The translations under genes and the position numbers were made by a program. A stretch of 64,000 nucleotides of DNA from Lama glama (Eukaryota): the NCBI GenBank assembly GCA_028534125.1, contig CM052817.1:76200001-76264000 (forward strand), written 5' to 3'. The notes beneath the pieces are model-generated. The model had not been told where the DNA came from, made no database searches, and saw only the letters and a list, made by a program, of their open reading frames with translations. Below are positions 38,451 through 49,900 of this stretch, in pieces (the first letter of the stretch is position 1; each line of letters opens with the position of its first letter).

Positions 38451-40197
38451 TTTCCACAAATGCCAGAAATAACTAAGATTAGGACTACATGATTAATGAT
38501 TCACTGGCTATTTTCTGTGCAAAAGCAGTATTTGATTCTGACAGCTGGTTCTGTTCCTTCCTTTTTGCTTAGAAATACAGTGTTTCAAGATTACAGTCTT
38601 CCTGACAAAACACTGCTACCTAATTGCTGACTGGCATCAAAAGAAGTTATAACATTTTTAAATAGAATTTTAACCTTGTCTGGATATACCAAGCTTTTCC
38701 ATGATTTTTCACTGTTATGTTTTGATCAATGTTTCTCCTATGTGTATCTTTGGTACCATACCATTGTGTTTAAACTTAGGCATTTCATGAAACTCGTCTT
38801 TTGTATTTGAATATAATATTTTTTTTGGCTTTAAGCAAGGACTTATTTTCCTGAGACATAAAAATAGTGTATCTTTACTCGTGTTTTACCTTGTAGCTAT
38901 TTATAAATTTATAGTCCAGTGAGTTCAGTGTTTGACTCTACAGTTTCTGAGCTTTCATAAATGTAACATTCCATTATTGTAAAAAATGGATACACACAAG
39001 TTATCTAATCTTACTCCACAAGTTATAACAAATCTGTGGTAAAGAGATGCAGAAAAAAAAATATATGACCCAGACTTGCAGTAAATATTATTTTTTTTAA
39101 ACTCTAAATATTAGAAAATTGGAGAGAAGACTTCTCAAGGAAATTCCCTGGCCTTTGCACCACAGCCACTGTATCCCTGGAGTCAAGCCTTGAGCCAGGG
39201 CCTTCCTGATTCTCCAGCTAAACAACTGTTTGTCAAAAAATATTTCCTCTGTAAAATAGCTAGAATGGTCTTGTGATTTACTACCAATCATATTGTTACG
39301 TAATACCTAGTACCAGAGTGGTTTTGACCAATCAGCTTTCTAGGCCCATTTATCCAAAATTAGAATTTATCCACTCAAAAAGTGTTCAGCTATATTGAAG
39401 CTATGCAGTTGCCGTTGGGAAATGAGACCAGGAGAGTAAATAACAGGCAGTGCAAAACTTATTTAAATCATTGCCTTGTTCATCGGAAATATAGGATGGG
39501 TTTAAAACACCAGAATGTAGCAACCATGTAGCCAAATTAAAATACTATGTGGTCAGATGACTGCTTTACCTGTGATAGAGCTCTTAAAAATGGTAACACC
39601 TACTTTGCTTGGCTCAGAGCACAGCAAAACTTGAAAATAGTCCATTTGAAGTCACATAACTGATAAACCAGAATCAGATGAAGAATTTAATCTTGTGGAT
39701 TGCTGAGCCACAAAACAGATAGAATTCAGAGTCTGTGAACATCTATGAGTATGGGGAAGTAAGAGCACTGGATTGGGAAAGAGTGGGCTGCTCTTGGCTG
39801 ACAGAAACATTCTTCCTCCCCGTCCTTTGAGGCTGTTCCTGTCTTCCATGAGGATCTCATCACATGAAACAGTTTCTTTGCAAGGTAATACTAACACCTT
39901 ATGACGCTTGACCAATAACTAGAATCAGAACTGTCTATGTCCTAAGAAATCAATTACTAAATCAAACCTAAGAACAAAAGTGTTACATGCCAAAGAGATG
40001 ATAATACTTTATTTCTGTTGGTGATCCTGGCATAGGGGACAGATTTTGATGTTACTAAATAAGGGAGGAGAGAATATAAATTGGTATGTTCTTATATGTC
40101 TTTGAGTGGAGCTCAGAGAAAGAAAAATGTTTTCAGCTGGGCCAGGTTGGAGGAAAGTTGATGTGCTACCTGGCAACTAAAACCAATCCCATTCAAT

Positions 40198-40409
40198 TTT
40201 TTTTAAATTGAAATATAGTCAGTTAGGATGTGTCAACATCTCGTGTCCAGCATAATGTTTCAGTCATACATATACATACATATAATCATTTTCATATTCT
40301 TTTTCATTGTAAGTTGCTACAAGATACTGAATATAGTTCCCTGTGCTCTATAGAAGAAATTTGTTTTTTAATCTATATTTTATAGAGTAGTTAGTATTTG
40401 CAAATCTCA
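40198..40409 (-). mobile_element. Short L1 3'-end insertion, antisense
   Basis: Poly(T) followed by L1 3' UTR reverse complement; TSD aatcccattcaat (40185-40197) / aatcacattcaat (40410-40422). Confidence 0.88.
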
Positions 40410-40589
40410 AATCACATTCAATATTGAACTCAAGCAGGTCCTAGAAACACAAGTAAGTCGCCTGAATAAATGATTCTTACTCCCAAGGTGTTTCTTCTAT
40501 GCCATTAACTCTCCCTTAGTACACATAAGCCTTTACAGAGACTTCAGTATGACAAGTTTAATGATTTATAATTTTTTTTCATGATGTAA

Positions 40590-41150
40590 TGACATTAGAA
40601 ATAAACTGCTATAGCCCCATCTGGGTTCTCCTCACGGATATTAGGGAAGAAAAGTCTGCAATGGGCAGTACTTGGAGTAATATATCTGGTTTCGTTTGTT
40701 TGTTTGTTTGTTTTGCTTTTATTCTGCCTTTGAGGAATTTCCAGGCTGAATCATAGATCTGTATGCTTAGCTCATACTACTGGGTCACACAGATGTTCAC
40801 AGGTTTGAGAAGAAGAGCAGAAGATTGATGATAAGTAGGAAAAGTTATGTAGATGAACCTCCTAGCACGGACTTTAAGTCTGTTCCATGTGAATGCTCAC
40901 CAAAGAACAGAAGGTTGTCAAAACTCAGGTAGGTACGGTAACCCAATTTGTGGATGTCCGTCACCCTTTTCTCTGAATCATCTCACATTACTTGGTGGGC
41001 TCACAGACAAAAAGACCATGATATTTGAAATAAAGGGCATGCATGGTTTCATCACCATGGTCTTCCTTTCAACCAGGCTGATCTGATTAATACCACTATT
41101 TAGTAATTGGCAGGAGAGAAAAACACTGAGCACTAACATGGCACTACTGT
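40590..41150 (+). mobile_element. ERVL internal relic: pol RNase H and integrase N-terminus
   Basis: aagtctgcaatgggcagtact resembles KSSQWAEL; ORF 40853 contains HVNAHQR; tgggctcac...catggtcttcctttcaaccaggctgatctg resembles WAH...HGLPLTKADL. Confidence 0.8.
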
Positions 41151-41154
41151 ATGA

Positions 41155-41840
41155 CACAGACTGGGAAGGGGAAAGAGCCTAAAAATGAAGATTGGCTTGT
41201 ATGTGCGTAGATTCTGATGAAGGTAAAGACCCTGAACCTTTTGATTCTACCAAGCCTTCTTTGCCAATAGAAGCAGCACTTCTCCCCTTGTCTGAGGTGG
41301 TTAGTTTACTCCTGCCTGAAGAAAGAGTAATAGCCTCCTCTGAGGCACTTTTCAGGCACGAGACTGCTGATTCAACTCATTCCCCCAGCATGCAGGGCCC
41401 AAGGGGTTCAGGCACAAAGTCTGACTCAGCCAGAGCTAGCACACCAATATGGTACCAAGTCAGAGGGACCATATCAAAATAATTGCAAGATTTAGCCAAA
41501 TAATGTAGACAGATTATGAGAAATATGTATGACAGTGAATTCTAGTGTGTTAGATCAAGGTGGAAAAATTATATAATCTTGGATCAATTAAAATGTGTTG
41601 ACATCATGCACTAAATAGAAATTCTGTAGTCCATGTATCAGAATTAAATAGAAATGCCTGAATCGCTTTGACTGGCTGATTGAATCCCAGAACCAAAGGG
41701 AGTCTATACCAAACAAATATGATATGACAGAGCTTCCTTGCTATAGCATAGAGGAAGCTGTCCAAAGGCCAAGGTAGATTGGAAGGCTAGAGTATATTAT
41801 GTAACAACTGCTCACATACCACTTAAATATATATTTCCCT
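41155..41840 (+). mobile_element. ERVL internal relic: gag fragment
   Basis: ORF 41192 DSDEGKDPEPFDSTKPSLPIEAA...LPEERVIASSEA; gtgttagatcaaggtgga (VLDQGG); gagcttccttgctatagcatagaggaa resembles ELPWYTVEE. Confidence 0.8.
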
Positions 41841-42120
41841 TTCCTGTGATAATGGTTTTCCCAGTGCCTCTATTCATGGACTTAAGTTTTTTGATTATCA
41901 TATTAATCAGCACTGATTCTGATTTAGAAATGCTTCTGATTAGAAAAGTCATTTTGCATCAACATTCAGACAATGGTCTTAATCTCATGGAATTCATTAG
42001 CATAACCACATGCTTCCCACCAAGAAATAGCTGGCCTAATATGGGTGACATGAACTACTGAATCTGTGTTACACGAGATGACAGACATTGACAGGATACA
42101 CTGTATTTATACCAAATTCT
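41841..42120 (+). mobile_element. ERVL internal relic: integrase core
   Basis: attcatggactt (IHGL), ctcatggaattcatt (HGIH), ccaccaagaaatagctggcctaat resembles HPEAAGLI. Confidence 0.7.
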
Positions 42121-42884
42121 GTTGCTTTTGGAAAACTAATTCCAGTTCCATTACCCAAAAACATATTAAAATCTAAAAGCTTTTTTTTTCAGGATCCAAT
42201 TTCTGTTAGTAAAAACTAACAGAACGTTATTAATTTATTGTAGAGGACTGGAGACTGTTATTCTATTTTATATAGTACAGTAATCATATTTAGATGTTAC
42301 TCTGTAGTTTGAAAGTGCCTCTACCTACTTTAGCTAAGAAAAAAGTCAGCATGCATAAGTAACTTACAAAGGAACAAAATAATGTTCAGAGTAGTTCTTT
42401 CATGCATCTAAGTCATACAGCAGATGATCAAAGGCTGTTTTACTTTAATAAAAATATATAGGTCTGCTGTTTTATAATTCCCCATTCCCAAACTTTTAAA
42501 TTCTATCAGGTATATTCATATGTGTAATGATAAAAGTGATTAAAAGTACATAAATTATTCTTCAAGACTTGATTGAAAGGAATATATATTTTAAATTCAA
42601 AAGTGTTTTTATTCATTATGCAGATAGAACAATAATTTTTACCATGACTTTGAGTGCATCATTCTTCTTTATAGTGGAATAAAGAAGAGATTTTCCCTGT
42701 AGCAAATTAGGTTATGCTCTGTCAGTGCTGGGCTTTTCTCTAAAATATCTGGTCTTAGTTATTTTGGGAAATAAATACTCAGAAGAAATATATCCAACCA
42801 GATGAACTGCTGAGGTCTTATGCTATGGAAATTCCTATATATCTTCCATGTATTATTAATTTTATTGTTTTCATTCTTTGCTAG

Positions 42885-42921
42885 GTGAACACTAAACACA
42901 GCCTCTGTTAACAAAATAAAG
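42885..42921 (+). other. Candidate 37-nt non-coding exon
   Basis: Acceptor ttttattgttttcattctttgctag, donor AAG|GTGAGT; stop codons in all three frames. Confidence 0.4.
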
Positions 42922-44418
42922 GTGAGTAGGTCAAAACAACAAGCAGAGATCTGTGCTACACAAAGTTGGCTTGTATGATAATGCTATTTTTCCCCCATGA
43001 GAATTAATTGTTGCCATATAGAGAGAGAATCTGTATTAAAAAATGCCCATGGGAGAAAATCATCAAGATTCAGTAATTTAGTGAGTTCCTGAAAGTAAAG
43101 AAACTGAATACTTCATCTTTGTAAGACTCCCCACTGCTTTTATATTGCCTGGTCCACAACAGATGACTCACAGATGTTTTTCAAAACTTTATGAGAGCTA
43201 CATCTTGCAAAATGTGTTTCCCCTCTCTATATCTGTGATCACATAAATAAAATTAACCATTGATTAATATGACTAATTTTTTTCCCACTAGATTCAAGCA
43301 ACAGTTCCCTGCATGCATCAGGCACTGAATAATTCACCAATGAAAACAAATCTTAAAATTCAGGCAGCTACACCACCTCACTACATTATCCCAGTATTGA
43401 AGTAAAAGTTTTTCATTAACTATTATAGTTAATCTTCTAAAATATTTCACATGACCTGCACCCCACTCTAATCACTACAGACTATGAAATACACCAAAAG
43501 GTAAAGAGACGCTAGACTCAAACTGCAAACATTTATTCCCCCAAATGAGTGATTTTATTTAAAATCAGCTAAGGAAATAAAATTAAGGATGTATCTTAAA
43601 ACACAAGAGGTCTCCTATGAAATTGAATTTTAGTGGTATAAAAACTAATGAGATTTGCAATGACTCCCCTGTCATTTTTAGACATGCCTTAATAAGATGA
43701 AAATATCAAGGTAGAAAAACATTAGGATATAATCAGAAAACATTTTCGTTTTAAGAGAGCCACTAAAAATAAAGAGGAATGTTATTAGCAGTGTAATGCT
43801 ATGCAGAATACATTTCATTTATATGACACAGTTTGGCTGTACCTATCATTTTGATATGTATTACAGCAGATAGTTTAGGCCTGTATAATTATCAGTGCAA
43901 TTTTGCAAAGTAAGGGATTTAAATTAGTTGTTAGACTGGGAATAATAAAATTTCACAAAAAAGATTTTTCTATAAATTAAAAATTCACTAGGGAGGTGTT
44001 TTGGGTTGATTTCAATTTATCTTAGTCATGAAGTAAACACCATGATTTTCATCTATTATTAATATACTTAATAAAGGAGATAGGGGAGATTTTATAAGTT
44101 TTATAAAATAATAAATATGTGGTGGCTATTTGTGCTTTATTTTTTAGCAACATGTCAGAAAGTTGGGGATAGTCTGTATTGTATTTGTAGCACTTTAATA
44201 CTCTTATTTAGAGAAATGAATCTATTTTAATCTAGAAAAAGCCAACAATTAAACATGTGTGCTTTCTAAAATCTGACAGCAATATAGAACAATTGGCCAA
44301 GTAAATCTTTTCATCAGAAACCATGCAGTGAGATGTATTTGTTAAATCATCATGTAGACAAATCAAGTAATACAATCCATGTTTTAATTTAATAACACAG
44401 AGCATTTTTTTTAATGCA

Positions 44419-44883
44419 TGTATGATCAGGCCACTCAAGATGGCTGTCCTCTTGCTCTCTGAACATCCCCTGCTCCACCAGTGCCTGCTTCACCTACACC
44501 TACTCACATGACTGACCTTCCTACATAGCTGCCCTGGGCCCCAGCTAGTGATTGTTCTAACTTTAGATCAGAACTCTCTTCTATGCTTACCAAAGGGGTG
44601 GTAAGGGACGTGTCCCTTTGCTTATTTCCCTAGTAATGGATGTGCCAACCTGATGTCAATCCCCTCTATAACTGCTAACCTCCCCCTGCTCCTGGGGAAC
44701 AAAGACGGACACCATATCTGCCGTTCACAGCGCACGGTGAGGAGTTGCTCCAGGACCTTACTTCAGACATGTAAGTCTACCCATGAAACCACTGATGACT
44801 CTATCATTGACTCCAAGCTCTTTGTTTGGTCTTCAAGCTGGGTGAGTTATAGGCCTTGTAAGCCGATGGGGTGCAGCCCAACA
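44419..44883 (+). mobile_element. Solo LTR, 465 bp, probably ERVL class
   Basis: TG...CA ends (tgtatg...cccaaca); 5-bp TSD atgca/atgaa with one mismatch; GC-rich block in AT-rich flanks. Confidence 0.75.
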
Positions 44884-45629
44884 ATGAATTTTATAAAAAA
44901 AAGAAAAACTAAACTTTATATTGCTGGTTTACAGTTAAATTTAGGTTCACAGTAGATGTTTCTCACAGCTGCCATTTGCTTGTGGGTCATGAATTCCTAA
45001 ATTTAAAACTTAAAAGAGGGACAGGTGTAGAGTTTAGCATATGCCCTAAGACTCTGTTTTATACATTCTCCTAACCTCCAGAAAGAAAAAGGAATTCATT
45101 AAGAGGCTTTCAAATCTATTGTATTTTGCATAAACAAAAGCTTAAATAAAAATCCGATTATGGGGGGATATTTGGCACTTGAGCAATCAGTTTCATTTAA
45201 TTTATCTATACTTGTATTAACTAAGAAAATATGCATCAGGTCATACAAGAAGGTTTCTGTATTCTCTCTCTTACAGGCCATATAAAGAGAAAATATTTTG
45301 AGAGGCTAAATCTCTGGAAAACATCTACATCCGATTTGTATCTATAAACTGAACACAGTGATCTCTCTCTTCACTTTTCTTCTCACGTACACCTGGTGTT
45401 CCCTCTCCCAGTGCACACACTGTCTTACCAGTCCACTTAGTAATTCCCAAATATCAGATCTGGCTAAATATTTTAGGTAACAGATTAGCTATACTAGTTA
45501 AAACTAGCTATAATGGTTGTACGTAGTGTGCATATGTTATGTCCAAGAGAAAAACAGCTTGCTTTAAGGAATATTTAATACAATATTCCTCCATCCAGAA
45601 TTATTTTTCAATTGTTATCTAGAGAACTT

Positions 45630-45850
45630 ACTTATTCATTAAATCTCAACTCAAGCGTCACATTTCCTGGGACACTTCTCCTCACTTCTCTACGCACAGT
45701 AAGTACCACTTCTCCTAATGTCTACTCTTGTAGCTCTCAGTATGTCTTTGGTGGCGGCTTCCAATCAGGACTGTGGGAGCTTATAGACAGGAGCTTCATC
45801 ATCTCAGTGTCCACAACACCTGGATTAGTCACTGAATTTTCCTAAATACT
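45630..45850 (+). mobile_element. L2 3' fragment
   Basis: tctcaactcaagcgtcacatttcctggga...gactgtgggagctt...catctcagtgtcc...acacctgg. Confidence 0.55.
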
Positions 45851-46940
45851 CAATGAAGTTATAGAAAAAAAATTATAAAATATTAAATGTTTATATTAAA
45901 TGAACTGTCAAAATCAGCATTTTATTGTTCTAGGTATAAAAAAGAAAGGAAAAAATAGAGGCCTTAAAACAATTTGATACGTAGTTATGTATAGCCTGAG
46001 GCACATTGAAAAAATGTGAGAAAAAATGTCATTGATAGATAAATATTTTACTATTCTTGGGATACTCATTATTGGGGGTACATTTTTATAATATTTTGAT
46101 GATATTTGGTATTTGTCTTTATATATTGAACATTATATTGAAAAACCTCCACTACCATCCAATCGTTCAGAATCTAAATCTCTTTATGGAAATGTGAGTT
46201 ATATTGGTCAAAAAAATCTCATTGGGATTTAGGAGGAAAAAAGCATTACCAGGTAGTATCTTTTGTGAAAACCATCATTGGCCATATTTTTATCAGCAAT
46301 GTCAAAGAATAACTAACTCAAAGATGTGAAGTTAGAGTACAGCTGAATATTCTCCTATCCCAAAGATATCAACTAGGTATAGTTTATATCTGTAATTATA
46401 GGCATATGTAATGTACATAAAGGCAAAATTCAGTCTATGGAAAAGGGAGTGTTCCATTTTGTTGATGAACTTTTGGCAGAAAGCTCTTGAGGAAGGCACT
46501 TTACTCTTCAACAAGCCAACAGACTTATCAGGGAAAGTAGCTTGAGCTCATTATGGGTTTCCCAGTATGGTTTCACAGTGGAAGAACTGACACTGTTTCT
46601 TGATCTGTGAAGGCAAGAACACTAGCTTCTTCCTATTAGTGCCTCCCCCAAGTTAGGTCACACCTGCACCGTTCTCCTCAGGCTGCATTCTCAGCAAATA
46701 TGCCCCAATCAGACAACTGAGAGGTATAGGAGTAACTTTACCGATGATAGTACTTATTGGCATTTACGATTATTTCTCTTTTTGTGAAATAAAAATTTCC
46801 ATAATAAAATCACTCTATTTCACCACTGAAACCGTAATCCCAATTTTTAATGCCAAAGTCCATAATTTATGGAAACAATTTCCTACTGATCTCTATGTCT
46901 TATTAGCTTCTAGTTTAAAGACAAAATTAGATGATTCCAA

Positions 46941-49900
46941 TTCAAGATGGTGATGTGGGAAGATCCTGAACTCACTTCCTCCCACAAACACAATGAGTCT
47001 ACAGCTACAAAGAGAACAATTCCCTCTTAAAAAGACCTAAGTCTGGCTGAGTGGCAACTGCACATTAGGCAAACGAGAAGAAAGCCACACTGAAGTACAG
47101 AAGACAGGCTGAGACACAATCTTGCCATAAATCTATGCCACCCCTGGTACAGCAATCCCACAAAAAGAGGGAACCCAGCTTCTCTCTTAGGAGTGGAGGG
47201 TTCAAAGCCTATATAAAGCACCCCAACTTTTAAAGACATACACTTAAGCGATGAACTCCCAAAACATCTAATTTTGAAAACCAGTGAGACTCTCATCCTG
47301 AAACCCACAAGACTATGCAATCTGAGAAACTGCTCTTAAAGGGCTCTTGAACTCAGACTCACCCAGAGACCTCACACAGTGGGAGCTAACTTCATGCTTA
47401 TCCTCTGCTATGATCCACAGCACCAGTTTTACATACATCTGATGCCCTATTTGTTGCAGCTTCCCCCAGGGGACACCTTTTGATCATGTCTCTGGTGGCT
47501 AAGGAAGCTTTCATTCCTGGGTTGCACAGGATTGTGGCAATGGTAGAGGCAATTCTTGGCAGGCTAGTCCCTCAAGGCACTTCACAGACAGTGGACTGAG
47601 GCACAGTCCCCAATCTTTCTGTGAAAGAGGCCTCTTTGCTTGTCCTGGAGCTTTGGTCTGAGGGGCGGGCTTCAGACTTGGCACACATTTAGTGGCCTAG
47701 GGAGCTGCTCTCAAGGAACATAGGCTGTGAATGCCATCCTGGCACTCTCCCTCTGCCTTGCTCCAGTTCACCAGTATCACCCAGAAAAAAGCACATACAC
47801 TCATTTGGAATCACGATCTCTGTGACTGCTACCCAGGACCACCTCCAGATGGCGTGATTCTGGCAGACAATGGATCTTACACTTGAAGTCCTACAGTACT
47901 GTACATATTTGCATACTTTTAAAAGCTGATGCCTGAGGGTCTGGGTTCCCATCAGCCTGAATCGAGGTGCTGAGATTCTCCTGTATGGGACACTGACAGG
48001 TCTTAGCACATCCTCAATTTCCAGGCACTATTAAAAATATAACAGCCTGCTTGGACAAGCACAAAGGTTTGGGGGACAGTCAAGAGCTGAGGCGGAGTTC
48101 AGTGACGAGGTTCATCTCCCACACAAGGCTGCTCCTTCAAGACTGGGAGAGAGAGTTGTTTCGTTGACTAGATAGAAACCAACACAGAGAGTTAAGCAAA
48201 ATGAAGAAACAGAGGACTATGTTTCAAGTGAAAGAACAAGATAAAACATCAGAAAAATTCTTAATGAAGTGGAGAAAAATAATTTGCCTGATAGAGTTGA
48301 AAGTAATGGTCATAATGATATTTAACCAAATTGGGGAGAAGAATGGATGACCACAGTGAGAAATTCAACAAAGAGATGAAAAATATAAGAAAGTACCTAA
48401 CAGAAGTCACAGAGGTGAAGAATACAATAATTGAGCAGAAAAATACACTAAAGGTTTTAATCAGCAGACTAGAGGAAGCAACAGAAAGGATCAGTTGACT
48501 CAAAGACAAAGCAGTGGAACTCACTCAATCACAGCATGCAAAAAAAAAGGTGGGGGGAAGAATTTAAAAAGCGAAGATTGCGTAAAAAACTTATCGGACA
48601 ACATCAAATGGACTAACATATGCATCATAGATAGGACTTCCAGAAGGAGTGGACAGAAAGGGACAGAAATCTTATTTGATTGAAGAAATAATGGCTGAAA
48701 ACTTTTCTAACCTGAGAAAAGAAAGACATCCAGATTGAGGAATCCCAGAGAGTTTCAAGTAAGAGGAACCTAAAGAGACACACACCAAGACACATTACAA
48801 TAAAAAGTCAAAAGTTAAAGATGAGGAGATAATATTAAAAGCAGCAAGAGAAAAACAGCTTGTTACATACAAGCAGCCCCCCATATGACTATCAGCAGAC
48901 TTTCAGCAGAAATGTCACAGGCCAGAAGGGAGTGGCACCATATTTTCAAAGCACAGAGAGAAGAAAATATTCAGCTAAGAATACTCGGCAAAGTTATCAC
49001 TCAGAAGTGGAGAGATAGAGTTTTTCAGACAAGGAAATATTAAAGCAGTTCATCATCACTAAACTGGCTCTACTGGAAATGTTAAAGGGACTTTTTTAAA
49101 CTGAAAAGAAAGGGTGCTAATTAGTAATAAGAACATATATGAAGAAAATAAATCTCACAGGAAATGTAAATATATAGTGAAGGTAGTAGATTAATCACTT
49201 TTAAAGCTAGTGTAAATGTTAAAAGACAAAAGTAGTAAAAGATAACTATGATTATAATAATTAGTTAAGGGATATATGATATAAGAAGATGTAACATGTG
49301 ACATCAAAAACATAGTATTTAGGGGAAGAGTAGTAACAGTGAGCTTTACAATAGGATTAAACTTAAGTTGTTATCAACTTAAAATAGACTGCTATAGGTA
49401 ATAACTTGTTATATATAAGTCTCATCGTAAACACAAAGCAAAAACTTATAGTAAAGACACAAAAGATAGAAAGGAATATAAGCATACCACTAAAGAAAGG
49501 CATCAAAACACAAAGTTTCTTCTGTATAGCACAGGGAACTATATTCAACATCTTGGAATAATCTTTAATGAAAAAGAATATGAAAATGAATATGTATATA
49601 TATGTATGACTGGGATATTGTGCTGTACACCAGAAATTGACACATTGTAACTGACTGTACTTCAACAATTAAAAAAAAAACCAATGAGAAAAAGCAAGAG
49701 AAGAAGAAAAGTGCAGAGAGGAACTAAAAAACCAGACAGAAAAGAAGAAATACTACAACTGACACCACAGAAATATAAAGGACCATAACACTACTGTGAA
49801 CAGTGATATGCCAGCAAATTGGACAATCTAGAAGAAATAGATAAATTTTTAGAAACATATAAGCTACCAAGACTGAATTAAGAAGAAATACAAAATTTGA

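Noticed and set aside
38235..38476. Lys/Arg-rich and Ser/Phe-rich ORFs
   Set aside because: Translations of a CT-rich low-complexity tract
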